The notes: generated from the letters alone by a model not told the origin. A stretch of 64,000 nucleotides of DNA from Phoronis australis (GCA_002633005.1 NMRA01000245.1:434001-498000), one strand, 5' to 3'; shown: positions 1 through 13,400, counted from the first letter of the stretch. Numbers and translations: made by a program.

Positions 1-1156
1 TTTGATGAAGAAATCGGAACTGAAATTGGCCGATTCAAGAAATGTCATCATTTTATCTTGTATTACAGTAACAGTACGATCTGAATAGGCAAGGTCTTTT
101 AAGACAATTAAAATTGTTTTAGGGCAATTATTGCACTACGGAACCAGGGGCGTGTATCAAACGTTGCAAGTCTGGTCTTTGCTAAAAAAGTCGTTAGTTC
201 AATATTCACTTATTTAGCACACAATCTGGTCGACCAATGAAATTCTTCAGCGTTAAATTTCTCTACAAAAGTAAAAATTAAAGACATTTAGTCTTTCACA
301 ATCATGGTTTGCAGTGTGTGGGAGGTTTGAGGTCATAAACGATACAATATTAATAAGTTTCCTGAGTTGCACGTCATTAAAACTTTAACCCCTGTCCTAT
401 TGTTGGTTGCCCTTCAGAAAAGAACAGTCCAGTGGAACTGAACGAGAGTTGCATTAACTGCATAGTGCTCTCTGGACCTGTCCATTGTACTGGGGATTTC
501 CGAGCCTGCACCAATGAAGAAAAACCCTTTACTGGGGCTTTTTCCAGTTCGTCTTGTATGTTTGACCAAATACATAAAGAATATGTGGTAATTGTCATTA
601 TCTTTTATTATCTAATATTTTTTATTATTTATTATTTTTTTTATTATTTTGGCCCTTAAAAGGACCATTCATTATTTCAAGCCCACCCTGTCAACTGAGG
701 CATTTTCAGACTTCTCTAAGAGTAGCCATGCTGTGTACAAAGTAGAATCAACCTCTTAAATATACTTTCAATCCCCGTCAATGAATGATGACGCTAAGAT
801 TCGACTGGCAATACAGTAAAATCTCATAAAATTTAGGGCACAATATGGCCAACAGCTGCAATTTTATCTTCTTAGTTTTTCAAATAAAATAACATGGGAC
901 CAAAGTAATGCTTTACCATGTTCAAGTATTGCATATCTACTATCACACACGATTTTGAAAACTTGTGGGCACTCGTCACAATGAAACAAGACCTTGAAAA
1001 ATGACAAAATGGTTATTTTCACAATTATTTTTGTTTGAAAACGGCGAGATTTACCATATAGCATTTTTTTCTAAAAAAAACTCTTGAGTGCTTTTCGGAC
1101 ACAAAATCACTTGGGAACTCCTCAGCAAAATGAGAGCAAATTTCATGCCAACATAC

Positions 1157-1290
1157 CTGCAACACATCCCTCCTCTACCTCCTGTTGCACAGAGTCTTTG
1201 TTAGAGCTGCCACCAGGTGGCCCCAGTTTGCTCCTGTGCCAACTGATTCCAGGTATCTGCATTTTTATCATAGGCTTCAATCTACCAAGC
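1157..1290 (-). CDS. INPP5F: INPP5F exon, low-complexity C-terminal region ([14 protein letters not shown]...EEGCVA)
   Basis: ccttcag| acceptor, CAG|gtatgt donor, 134 nt; open in the phase set by the previous exon. Confidence 0.72.
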
Positions 1291-4200
1291 CTGAAGGACA
1301 GAAGTAACTGAGTTTAATACGTTAATGAAGACTTTTGAAGCACTTCAATATTACACGTAAAACAATAAGTGCAATATCACGGTGTGCCTTTAAATTTGAA
1401 TTGTACTTGATCTAATAACAACGGCTATTAATTAGCCCATAATGTAAAATGAGCGACTGGATGTTTTGGCTTCCTCTCAGTCACCAGATGGCAAGACCCT
1501 CTTGTCCACGAGTCGGCTTATCTAGACCTTTACAAACAAATAATGCATAAACATACTAGAGCAATGTCAAGTCGAAATCTACATACCGCACTTTCTTGAT
1601 CGGATTTGTGAAGTTGGCAAGAGATTTCTTCATATGACTCATGGCATTACCAATGGCTTGAGCCTTTCTGCTAGCTTCAGCTTGAATGTGATTTGCTGAA
1701 ATGTCTCGCGTCAGAGACCTCTGGAGGGTAGCAGCAGACATCTCAGCGTTAATGATTGGAATGACATGAGGGTGAGGCTTTGTATGCTTCCTATGGGGCG
1801 TAAATTCAACAATCTCAGTTTTGTTGCAGAATAACAACATGAAACTTATATAAAAAGATACCAAACCTGGTTTTGACCTCTTAACAAATATCAGAAACAA
1901 CTTTTCTATCCACTGCAACAAAATAATGCTCTGGAACCTTTGACAACACAAACAAATTTGGACAAAAATTGCAAAACACCTTACAAAGTCTGCTCAAACG
2001 TATATTAATGGGTGAGAAATTGCTGTATTGTCTATTATTAAACAAGATTAAGTACTAAAACTTAACACATTATATAAGAACACACAAACTGCAAGTAAAA
2101 TGAGAAAATTGAGATTACCTTTCAAGTTTGGTTTCAGTAACTGGCAGAGACACAGAGATAAACTTCAACGCAGCAAGAAACGACTCAGCTATGGCTGCTA
2201 AAGATTCTGGAATAAACACATAAGCATTCATAAGAAAAACTGCTGCTCATGGGAGAATATAGAGACTCCTAATTTCTTATTTGTTGAATGACATGATAAA
2301 ACGGGAAACATCTGTCACACAGCTCTTTAGCATAAAGAGAGCGCAAAGTAACTATGCTTGACCTAATTTTGAATTTCACTGTGTAAGATGGGGCGAGTTT
2401 TTTCCTCTACAGATTTTTCACACCATTCATTTTCTGTTAAAGTAACTTTACCACCTCATCCCCAGCCAACTGCGGACCAATTAAGTAGCAGGCCAGATAA
2501 ATGTAAGACCACCTTAGACAATTACAACTTAACACCAAGGTACTGAACATCGGCGAACTTCAAAACAAGCGCCCAAGTTATAATTTCGGAAACTTGACTT
2601 GACGTAACCGTTAGTTTTAGAAGAGTGTCCAATTCTGCCTACAAAATGGTTGGACGTAACTGTCCGTTTCGGAGTAGCCTAAAGTTATGCTTGAAAATGA
2701 TGGAAGATTATATACCCCGACTTACTTGTAAATTTAATGAGGACCCGTTGATTTTTAATTCAGAAACCAATGAATGGCAGTTTTACATGATTTCTGCAAT
2801 TACCTAAGTGGAAATCAGGGTGAGCATTTGTATGGATATTGTGAAAATAACTGCCTTGATAGAGGGCGCTGATGTAGAAATTCCCAGTAACAATACTAAA
2901 ACTAAAACTAAAATATAACATTTTTATTAAATTCAAAACTTGCATTACCTTTGCTGCTGAAACCTGTACAAATTAAATTAATTAAAAGATCAAAGCTGAA
3001 AATGTGTACATTGTATCGCAATGACATCTCAAAGTTCACTCAATGAATTTTTTCATCTAACATCTTTTCATAAAACAGAAATGATGATCATTCAGTCAAC
3101 TGTTCAATCCAACCTGTTTCATTATTCGCTATGATGCATTGCAGCATGGTCATTCAGTTATGCAACTCCTCAAAAAAGAAGATTCTCAAACACTATAAAT
3201 TAAAATGACCCGTATCACGGCATGTTGAACGTTGATATTTGATTTGTTTTTCTTAAAGTCATCAAAATCGTATTTTGGATGATCTCTCTTGCAAAAGGGG
3301 ATCATTTTTAAAAACAATTTCCAACAGTGTTTTGCAAAGCAGTGTATAAAACATAGCATCTGAAAGTTTCTGAGACATGATTTTCCGAAGTTCGCCAACT
3401 TTGGACTTTTTCTATGGTCCTACGTAACATTTACCCCACTGAAAGAGTCCACCTAGTGTGGACAACAAAACCAAACAAAGAGAATAGAGCGACAACAGGA
3501 TTTTCCATGCTTGTGACCAAGGATGGCAGCATACCTTTAGCTTCATCGATGTTCTTAATTGTAATGACCATGTTATTGAACAGACGTGTGTTGGTTGGTC
3601 TGAAGGTGTAGAAGTAGCCCGCCTGGTCGTCATGGAGATACCACAGACGGATGCACACGTACTTGGACTTGAACAGAGATGGCTCAGGCCCTGAGTGAGG
3701 ATAATGAAAGGCATTGGTACAGGGTGGGACAAATTAGGATTACATGCTCGTAAGAAGAGCTAAAATGGCCAATTACAAGTCGTCAACAGAATGTAAAAAT
3801 ATTCCCCATAACGGACTAAATTAATGAGAGACCAAAAAAAAAAAATACCAGCTCCTTCCACCAAGAAGATGCACGCAATACTGACACCTAGTGAGCACAT
3901 ATAGCAGTTGTAAATTAGACACCAGATGACGCTAGTGCTGAATAATGAAGTGTTCACAGACATACCAAACATTAGCCCATACATAGCAATGTGACGTTTG
4001 GATCAGTTTTGTAAGGGTTACTAAGTTAACTAATGTTTGGATATTTTAAATCTTAGAGTTACCCTGAAACCCCAGGCATTCTTTTATAAACGAGACTCAT
4101 CTCTCCATAAGGTTTGCAGTTTAACTCACCAAGTGCTACACTCCAGTCGCCAACAGGTGTCTCTGAACAATACAAAGTCCACTTACCAATCTCAAGTTTT

Positions 4201-7200
4201 TCCAGTTGTTCCAGCAGAATCTTCTGATAGGACACGATGTTTTCTGACTCATCATCGTACGTCGCCACATAGAATGCCCGCTGTGTCAGTAGCAAGATAG
4301 TGTCCATATCTGTTTGATTGGGATCAGCCATCCTGCAACGTTGAAATTTTCACAATAGATTCAACAAAACACACAAATGTTACAAGTAAATGGTGTCCCA
4401 ACAGTAAAGCAAGCCCCCTATGAACAACGGATGACTCGGTATAGAGCTCTTCAATGTACAAAACCACAGAAAATAAACATCTCTGTTAGTGGCAAAATCA
4501 TCTCTTGATCAACCAGCTCAAGAGGTAATTTATCAATGGAAAAGTTTTTCTTGAAACAAATTCATGTTTTTTGTATAATTCCAACAATGAAGAGTAGCAA
4601 AATGTTCGACACTACCAGAATAATGTCTTTAGCTGTTTTAGTTAGTCAGACACCACACCTCCACCAAATGTAGTATGGCAAAAGAAAAAGATTGCCTGTG
4701 AATGTCCCAACAAAAATTAAGAATGACCCTCGCTCAAATGAAGTGAAAGGTGCCCATGCATTCAGAAAGGGGAACTTTTTGGGTGCAGAAAAAAACCCTA
4801 CTCACCAACAACGGCTCCCGCCAATGTCAAACCCCCAATCGGCACTGCCTCAAACAACGAAATCCAGAATTTTGTATCAACAAAACTTGGTGCAGTAAAG
4901 ATCATGTTGGAAATATAGAAATGACTGTGCTGTCTTTTTTAAAGAACTTATATGGTGAGCATTGTAATTTATCGTGTGAACGAGTGAGGCTCAAGTACTT
5001 AAACATGATTGTGGCATTAGCATACTTATCACTTTCACAAAACCTCCCCAATCATCCACAGAAACCTGTCACTGGGACGGACAGTTTTAAAAAATGACGA
5101 CTTGGACGGCAGGGCAAAGTAAGAAAAAAGACAGCCTGTTTCAAGACAACCTTAACAAAAATGATGGCTAGACAAAGAACTTTTAATATTTAATCATAAA
5201 CGCCACATTGACTATTGGCAAATACTGGCAGCCATCTTTTTTGGGGAATAACACTCCAGAACAAACCCTAACTAAACCAAACCAAACCAAAGTCTCTATA
5301 TATTCACTTACCTAGGATCACAGTCAATGAGTGCCCACGACCCCAAACACTGCTCCGGTTCATCAATCAACATCTTACGACATTCCTCCATTAACAACTT
5401 CATGCTCTCTTCCTTTTCTATGAGGAACGTCTGCTCGTCCTCCAAAGTCTCGGGACCCTCTTTTGTCAAACTCAATAAGCTGAGATCTTCAGTCAAGCTG
5501 TTGCCCAGCATAATGTCAATGGCAGTTTGACGGTAGGCATCCTTGAAACGACTCAGAAAATACCTGGAAGTATCAACAAAGCTACATCAAAGTGACAGCT
5601 CACAAAATTCAGCTGAAATTATTGTCAGCCAACTGCATACTGGACAATGTTTAACTCTAGGAACCAAATATGTCTCATATTAGACAGTATTTGAACAAAA
5701 CCGTGTTTACTATTGATAGAAAATAAACATTTTAAACTAAAATTTTAATTTACAAAAAAAATGTTATCGTGATTACAAAAAGATTTAATACCACTGAAGG
5801 TTATGTACACACCAAACACATAAGCAAGTGTGCATGCAGACCTCGAGCAAAGATGGACGGACAGATTGATATATGGCTGAGTACAATTTTTTTCACTATT
5901 CAATGCTTCAAAGAATTAGACTATTGATCTGATATAATTACCACATAAATTTTCCTGCTGGATCCAAAATGTCATCATTCATTTAAAATACTTACATTTT
6001 GTATTGGCTAATCCAACACCATAACTGATTTAACATAAGCTTACCTATTGGCAGATCTAACACCATCATTCATCATACCAGACAGCTTCCTCTCACCCGT
6101 TCTAGTGTAGTCTCCCTATCAAATGCCAAAGAATCATAAGTGTATACAATGTTAGAGGCAAGTAGTTCAAAATTTACCGTTTACCATACAATCTTCTCAG
6201 ACTTATGTTCATTAGGTCACATGTGGCCACCAGGTGGCATGAGGACAAGACTTAGAAATGTTTGCGAACTATATTTCCACACCGGTTCAAGATTTACACA
6301 TCCATGTATTTGCACATCAATGTATTTACAATCAATTGTAAACAATCTCATCATTTGCTTATTTGCCAATATGCTAATAGAGTACTCTTATTTTTAATTT
6401 GGTTAACAACAAGACAACGAAGTTCAGAGGTTTACCACAGTGGAGTGGATACAGGTCAGTTTCATGAGAAGTGACTTTTAAGTCTTAAAAGACTTCTTAA
6501 GACAGAAATTCGGTTTTACTGAACAAAGCTTTAATAAAGTATATGTGAGAAAATCTTAGTGAATTATCCAATAATTTATTAAAATCCTATCCCATAATTC
6601 AACATTCCAACCTGACTAACCAATCAAATCTGTGGTTACCATTTCGCTAGTTAAATGCTAGTAATGTTTCGAGCACTCAACACTCGTGCAACGCTAGCCT
6701 TTCACTCAGAGTGAGATTTTGTGTGATCTCTATTTTTCTTGCCAGAAACTCAGAAACTTTATGGTCTACAGAACAATCCGGTATGCTATCATTTCCAAAA
6801 AGTCGATACCTCATTTCACTATAAAGGTTGAAATATGAGATGAAGAATTTAGTTTCAAACAGATAAGTATTACACTGTCCGATTCATATCTCAAACAGGA
6901 ACTATTTTGTGAACCTGATAACCGCTGCTACCATCCACTTTAATTGTGATTTATGCCTGCAAACAAACCAATGTTGTCATGTCTTTCACATTACTACACA
7001 ACAACCCTAATGGGTACTCCACGCATGAAGCATGACATTTTCCAATTCACAGACTGATCAGCCAATCAGGACTGACCTTGAGTGCAGCTGTACCAGCGTA
7101 CTGGCGGCTGATGGCATCACCATTGTTTGCCCAGATCTGTTGGTAGACTCTACAACAGCTAGCCGGTAGGACATCGTCTGGGGTCAGTAAACCTAACTTC

Positions 7201-10200
7201 CTCATCTGAAATATACAGTGAATAAGAAACTTCTTGTCAAACGGAATGATTATCACACTGAAATGTGTCCAATCTGATGGCATCACCAAAAACAAGCAGG
7301 CAAGACAAGTCAGCAGGCTCACTCATCTGACACCGTGGGCATGAGGGAGCATATAAATAGGCGATGTCAAAGTTGAGGTCCTACAGCACTTATGGACAGA
7401 ATCTGTAAAAAATCTGTTGGAATATTGCTCTTGGGCATATTGTATTTAACTGGGACACTGGAGATGGTAAGGACCAAGATACAGGCAACAATGGTGAAAA
7501 ATTTTAAGTTGAGTTAAAAGACAAAATCAACTAGATTTTATTCATCTAAATATTATTCATCTCACAGCTATAACTATACATAAAGGCCTACGACAGCCAA
7601 GGAAGCAGCTGTCACCACCAGTTTATGTGACTGAATACAGTGAATAAGGTTGTGTAGAACACAAACAAAAATGTCCAAATCTGGCTGACTTTGGAACATT
7701 GTAACTCAGGACTGGCTGAGCAGATTCATGTGAAACTTTCAGATAGTATGCTTTGTCCACTATCTCCAAAACGCCAGTAGGAATTGTTTTTGAAATATTC
7801 TATTTTTGCATGACTTGCAATAAGATATGGCTTGTACGATTTTCATGAAAAACTCTAACAATAAAACGAAAATAAAGTGATAATTCAGAAAACAGCGTCT
7901 TTGAGATTTCTACCCTACGTTTTTGCTAAATTTTACTAAAAAGACATGGTCACACGATCCAGTTAATGGCAGATTGTCAATAAGTAAAAAATCAACTTCT
8001 ACATGCGGTCAACATTTAGTAAAAATATACTATTACCAAGGAGTGTAGTAGTATAGGAGAGTTCACTAGTGAGTTCGCTGTTACCGCTACTACTAGCGCC
8101 GCCAAGTGGTGAATGAGCAACGGTCAACCAGGAAGCGCCAAAACAATGGGGAAGGACACATTTTGCAGTGCGATAAATTGCATGAATTCATCCACGACAA
8201 CCCCAGACGTGTCATTTTTTAGGTTTCCTAAGGATTCGGAAAGGTAAGTATTATATGTTATTCATTGTTCGGACTGCGCTCCTAAGTAAGTATTGATTAT
8301 TCACCGCTTGGAGCGCTAGTGTTTCGACCGGTAACCATTGCGGCGAATGGTAAAATGGCGGAGTGAACTCTCCTATACTCGTACACTCCTTGCTATTACT
8401 GAGTAAAAATCTATAGTTTTGTTGATTCTATGCTAACTACACACATCGACTTGTCAATATGGTCCAACATAACTTTAAACCAAGTGAAACCAGAGTGAAC
8501 ATAGGAATGCCTGTTAGGACCAGACAGCAACAGTAGGCATGGTTTCACAGTGTCGCGGCACTTACCTGAACCTCAAGTATCCGTCGAGCCAGTGCCGTTT
8601 GTACCACGTTAGTCCTATCCAGACAGTCGATACAGTTGACACGAAACACACCTCGCTGTTCACAAATCATACCATTACGATCCACCCTGGAATCACATGT
8701 CAGATGTCAGTCGAGTACTAATAAGACAAAAATGTAGTAACAGAATTACCACAAGCGCAATGAATGAGGGTGCATCATGTTTTTCTATTTATATACGGAA
8801 CACGGTTAAAAGTTGTCTGTGCCTACTAGCTGCACCAATAAGCAACACAGATTGCAACAAAACTCAAATTCACAAACTCACAAATTCACCGTAAGGTAAA
8901 AACTCACCAATTTCGAAAGAGATATGGCAGACAAGTGAAATTTTACGAATTATCACTTTTCCGCGAATCATGTGTAGCACAAAATTAAACCATAAACCCT
9001 GATCAAGTTCTTATCTACACCTACTATTAAACAAAGTTTTGAAAAATTGTGGGCATTCGCAACAATGCTAGAAGCCCTTGAAAAAATGAAAAAGTTATTT
9101 TTGATAATTATTTTTGTCCAAAATAGTCACACAGTGTCATTACGCCAAAGTGAAGAGGCAACTGATTCAAGTGTTGAAGGCTACAACAATTCCATACAAC
9201 TCTACCAATGTGTAATTAACAAGGTTTTATTAACGTATGCGAGTCATAATTACTCCCATCTTTTACCCGCACTTGATCGAATTTCATCATGACTTATAAG
9301 TTGCGTTTAACAATTACACCCCACTCATCCCCCAACTTGTATGTTTGAGAAACCTCTGTTACCTGCAATTTTTTGTAATTACAGCATTTCTATACATACC
9401 AACAATATCTCATGTCTTTGATAATGTCTTGAATACTCTCAGTGAGCACAGAAACATTTTCAAACTTCATTCCGCGACTGAAAAGTTATGAATACATTCC
9501 TTACTGTACTAGTTCCCAGTAAACGAAGAATAAACGTGACATCTCACTACTAGCTGAGCACAATAACACTTGCACGGAATTGTCCCTGGACTTGGGATAA
9601 ACAGGATCTTAAGTTCTAAGAACGCAAAACATCAAACTTTATTAATTATTCACTTAAGCGAAGAGAGAACATTTCCATAAATTTCACATAATTAATTCGT
9701 ATTTCTTAATGCGCCTGCACCATTTGTATGTTTATATTAACAACATCGTTAAATCTGTTTTACTGCGACCACATATCTCTCTCCTGAATTAACACATTCC
9801 AAACAACAGAAAATAGAAAAAAAATCACCTACCCATAATCATGTGCTCAAATTTTTAGTTTCTTTCTTTATTGCAATTACAAAACATTTTCAAACGTACA
9901 ATTTCAGTTCCATCTCACAACATGTCATTTATTATTACAAGTATTACAGTGTTACATGATTATTATAACTATTACAGAAAGCTGATGAAAAACCTAGCTA
10001 TAACAAATCGTTTATTTTTCTGGCTACATATCTACATAGTATTAATTCAACAGAAATATTACTCTTCTACAACGAAAAAAATTTTGTACTAACCTTGACA
10101 AGAAGTCCTTTCTACATAAAATAAGTCTCACTATACAAAGTGTTGAGTTCTTACAACTTTTCAACCAGACATTCAGAGATGTATGAAATACACCGTGGTA

Positions 10201-10406
10201 TTACCGTACTTACCAATATTCATGGAAGTCAAAAGTGATGTAAGTGAGAGATTCTGAGTTAAAGTCGAGCACGTGGTTGAGAAATGCATCGGCGATCACC
10301 TTCTCCTTTCCCGCCTGTTCCACCAGACTAATGACAGCAACGTGCCTATAGAGGGAGACTTGCTCTGTGAAGTGCTTCTCAAAGGCAATCTTGGTTTCCT
10401 CGCTCC
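1157..10406 (-). CDS. INPP5F: Sac2/INPP5F-like phosphoinositide phosphatase, partial gene (11 exons in window; 5' exons not found, 3' end uncertain)
   Basis: Exons (minus, in transcript order): 10214-10406, 9400-9477, 8566-8686, 7077-7205, 6045-6115, 5312-5563, 4187-4332, 3535-3690, 2119-2206, 1587-1790, 1157-1290. All are GT-AG and phase-compatible. The spliced peptide is colinear with vertebrate Sac2 as recalled ([15 protein letters not shown]...[16 protein letters not shown]...[29 protein letters not shown]...WALIDCDP...LEKLEIGPEP). Confidence 0.93.
1587..1790 (-). CDS. INPP5F: INPP5F exon ([13 protein letters not shown]...NFTNPIKKV)
   Basis: ccatag| acceptor, CG|gtatgt donor, 204 nt; KPH motif follows KLER as in Sac2; phase-consistent. 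Confidence 0.8.
2119..2206 (-). CDS. INPP5F: INPP5F exon ([29 protein letters not shown])
   Basis: ttccag| acceptor, AG|gtaatc donor, 88 nt; aligns with the recalled Sac2 segment LQCIAE...LPIIEKKLER. Confidence 0.85.
2949..2963 (-). CDS. Candidate 15-nt symmetric microexon of INPP5F (adds GFSSK)
   Basis: tttgtacag|GTTTCAGCAGCAAAG|gtaatg; phase 1-1 matches the flanking exons and the frame is open. Confidence 0.5.
3535..3690 (-). CDS. INPP5F: INPP5F exon, hSac2 domain ([17 protein letters not shown]...GYFYTFRP...)
   Basis: ctcag| acceptor, AAG|gtatgc donor, 156 nt, phase 1-1. Confidence 0.9.
4187..4332 (-). CDS. INPP5F: INPP5F exon, hSac2 domain ([21 protein letters not shown]...LEKLEI)
   Basis: gcag| acceptor, G|gtaagt donor, 146 nt; overlaps ORF 4059..4331. 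Confidence 0.92.
5312..5563 (-). CDS. INPP5F: INPP5F exon ([20 protein letters not shown]...WALIDCDP)
   Basis: ttccag| acceptor, AG|gtaagt donor, 252 nt; overlaps ORF 5308..5511. Confidence 0.93.
6045..6115 (-). CDS. INPP5F: INPP5F exon ([23 protein letters not shown])
   Basis: gatag| acceptor, AG|gtaagc donor, 71 nt; conserved DxTRTGxR motif. Confidence 0.93.
6190..6300 (+). repeat. 5'-truncated copy of the 44.1-kb repeat family in an INPP5F intron
   Basis: cagacttatgttcattaggtcac...ggccaccaggtggc...gacttagaaatgtt...tatatttcca...ggttcaagat matches ~44295-44400. Confidence 0.75.
7077..7205 (-). CDS. INPP5F: INPP5F exon (MRKLGLL...[19 protein letters not shown])
   Basis: ttcag| acceptor, AAG|gtcagt donor, 129 nt; conserved Sac-domain W-x-N-N-G-D...Y-A-G-T motif. 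Confidence 0.95.
7660..7800 (+). repeat. Dispersed AT-rich repeat family (other copies at ~13730-13830 and ~55100-55240)
   Basis: Shared core ggctga(g/t)cagattca...gaaactttcagata(g/a)tatgctt preceded by aaaa(t)gtccaa..tggc. Confidence 0.6.
8037..8392 (+). mobile_element. Non-autonomous P-superfamily-like TIR element carrying a THAP first exon
   Basis: 31-bp TIRs CAAGGAGTGTA(GT/CG)AGTATAGGAGAGTTCACT (2 mismatches); 7-bp TSD CTATTAC at 8030-8036 and 8393-8399. Confidence 0.85.
8146..8243 (+). pseudogene. THAP zinc-finger first exon within the TIR element ([33 protein letters not shown])
   Basis: ATG, C-x4-C, FFRFP.D..R, then an AAG|gtaagt donor; no downstream THAP exon inside the element. Confidence 0.8.
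8566..8686 (-). CDS. INPP5F: INPP5F catalytic exon ([17 protein letters not shown], Sac CX5R(T) motif)
   Basis: ttccag| acceptor, CAG|gtaagt donor, 121 nt; hallmark Sac-phosphatase active-site loop. Confidence 0.96.
9400..9477 (-). CDS. INPP5F: INPP5F exon ([25 protein letters not shown])
   Basis: ttttcag| acceptor, |gtatgt donor, 78 nt; conserved CRGMKFENV motif. Confidence 0.92.
10214..10406 (-). CDS. INPP5F: INPP5F exon (Sac domain: [12 protein letters not shown]...TFDFHEY)
   Basis: gcag|GG acceptor, TG|gtaagt donor, 193 nt, phase 1 to phase 2, open frame resembling Sac2. Confidence 0.92.
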
Positions 10407-13400
10407 CTGCAAAATAACATCACCACATGAACATTTCATGTCCGACTTTGCCTTCAAGTTTTCTGACGGCCAATTAGGTGTCAGACGTCAAACTCATTCA
10501 GTGACAAATTTCTAAAGTGCTCAATTACATGCAAACACACACTTAGACATTAATTTTCAATGGGCTAGACTTTGGGTCAAGACTACTATAGGTATCTTAT
10601 AGTTTATTTATTTCTATTATTGAAATCAAAACAGTAGCATTAACATGCAATATTACACTTTGCTGTGTCATCCTTTCCTGACTTCTCTCAAAGTTACTTA
10701 CTTATAAAGTTAAGATTATAAGTAAGTTTGCACAAAACCAAAATTTGTTTGAAGGATAAATAAACTTCCATGCTCATGGATGTCAATTTGACATTACAAA
10801 ATGCTGAAATTTACTCTGGGCATAGTTTAACTTAACACCATCATTTTAAAAGATTATATTCGGGCGGGGGGGTCCCCCATAGAACTGGGGGTTGAGCACC
10901 TGGACCTAGTGGGGGGGGCTACTTTGGCACCATTCAAGTATCGTCTCAAGTGAGTATCTGGGAATTACTTGCAGCGGGTAAAGGTCAATGTTTTTCACCA
11001 AGAATTTGTCATAATAGAAATAAATGAATTTTCAGTCAGAAAACTGACTCCTTCTACAAAGATTTTTGGTGAGTACATCCCACCAGTATACAGACTTGTG
11101 AATAGTGAAAAGTTTACAAGTAGCACTTTAATGAAAACTCGATCAATTTAAAAATGACATTTACGTTCTAGTTCAGAGTACCAACACTTGGAGGTGTCAC
11201 AATGCGTACAAACACTCTTCACAGTGGCTAACAAACCACCCCTTATTTTAGCAGCAATAATCAACCTAATGACATTTACACTGAATACATCATGACAGAG
11301 TCCCCATAGAAAAGAACCACTCATGACATTGTAACTTAAGGGCTAAAACAACAGAAGTCAACACAAAGGTAACCATGTTTGAATCACACAGTTTGCATAT
11401 GTCATATAACATTATGTATTTCATCATCTCTGTTTGTCATAAAATCACGTATTGATTGGTTAAAAGCCTTCAGGACACGGGGCACTACACCGTGATGGGT
11501 GTAATCAATGATAAAACAGCACAGCGATGACACCAAGAAAGACATTAAACCTGTGTTTTCTGTCAAAAACAAGTTGCTATTTAGGCTACTAATGTCACTG
11601 CGACAATTGTTCATGTTTTTCCCCATACTTAGTTTAGAAGTGATGTCTGGCTCAGAAATTAACGAACATTCATTAGTTACATCTTGACATTAAGCTCGTG
11701 AAATTTCAGGTCAATGACACTGTGACCAAGAATTTCGTGATATTGCTATGAAGAAGTAACAAACTGTTTCTTCCAAGCTCAGAAACTGCAACAATTTTAA
11801 CAAAAGAACAATTTAAGACCAATTTTATAATGGCAATTGACTAAATCAAACAAAGCATAGGTTTAATGGTGCTGCAACTCTCAAAGTGAGTATGCTCTAA
11901 AGTTAAGGCAGAGCTCATTTTGGAGACCAACACCACCTCTTGTTAAAAAATGCCAAGTTTCTATGAAGTTGCAACAATTGTGTACACACCTGGGCGGGTT
12001 ACTGGGCTCGCTGGCAAAGAAAATGGCTGCCACTGAGCAGGTGACAATTACTCTAAATGTTTTGGTTGACTAAGAAAAACACCGAAGCCCGGGTGTATTT
12101 GCCCGTTTCTTAATTTCCAACAGTCAACCAAATGCTGTTTGTGGCCAGGGGTTTCTCACCTCCACACATACTGGTTTTCTTTGTTTTGAGGCTTCATTTC
12201 CCATTTGACGACCTGGGAATCGGTGACCTCGTGCTATTAATGCCAGTCTGGTACCATTATCGGTAAACCCAAAAAAATACAAAACGCTGCTACGAATTTT
12301 TCTTAAATATTCTTTTGCATGAGGTCTACATCAAAAATAGTACAAGATTTCAACTAAAAGACAGTTTATTTGTATAAAATTAAAAATAAAAATACTACAG
12401 TCTTAGTATTTTCCATACTTGTACTGATTTTAAATGGTACAGTGATGATAATATTTAGTTTAAACGCAGACTTTCTAACAAGGAACAGTTTCAAGCTAAC
12501 TTCTGATGTTTTATAACTATTTGATAACTATTTGATGACTGTTGATAATATCTTATAACTATTTCTATGCTATAACGTATTTAAACGTTGAACATACAAA
12601 TTTTAACAAACACCAATTTTACCTGGTCACTTAAACGTGAATCGTTATGCAAAACCATAATTATGAAAAGAAACATTTCACACTCTCAAACAGTGTTTGC
12701 CATGAAAACTCAGCAAACATTAAAACAGGAAAAGATAATAACGTCATACAAATTTGATTTAGCTGTCAAACAGTACACAAACTTAGACGACCGTTCGATG
12801 AACAAAGAATTGGAATTGATCCATAATCCATTACGGTAGCGGAGAAATCTGCACTGGCTGAGCAGGGGTTTTCCGGAGATTGTCGATTCATTTTAAAAAA
12901 TGCGGAATTAAGAAATGTAAGCAAAACCTCAAAATTTGCACTACTGGCACACGAAATTGTTTCACAGCCAATTCCATCTGAATATCTGTGCTCCAGGCAA
13001 GTATCCCGAGAGCTGATTCTGAGTCTGAGAATCGATGGTTTGCGATTCATGTAACCAGGATTCAATATCAATGTTTTTCTAGTAAAAGCTAACACCAAGC
13101 TCACCTGATGTCTGATGATTATCCAATCAGCGGCTTTAGCCAGAATTGATGGTCTCGTTATGCATGAACGATCAAACACACTAAATTTTAAGTAGTTTTC
13201 AATCTGTTCGCTGGTCCTTCATTCACCATGACCAAATTTACATAAATATTGACGTAAAATTCTGCCAAAATGAGACTTACACAAGATTTCAACTGAGTTC
13301 ATCCTATGAGAGTGCAGCCGGGCCATCAGAATAGCTCGGTAGTTATGTAAACAAAAGTTAAGTATATACTCAATATTTAACGAGATATACCTTTAAGTGA

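Noticed and set aside
377-552. ORF 377..598(-) as the terminal INPP5F exon
   Set aside because: Phase-compatible only through a weak AAG acceptor with no pyrimidine tract. It has no resemblance to Sac2, and Sac2 proteins normally continue much further.
12766-13179. 137-aa minus-strand ORF as the missing upstream INPP5F exon
   Set aside because: No Sac-domain similarity, and its donor is phase 0 whereas the next exon needs phase 1.
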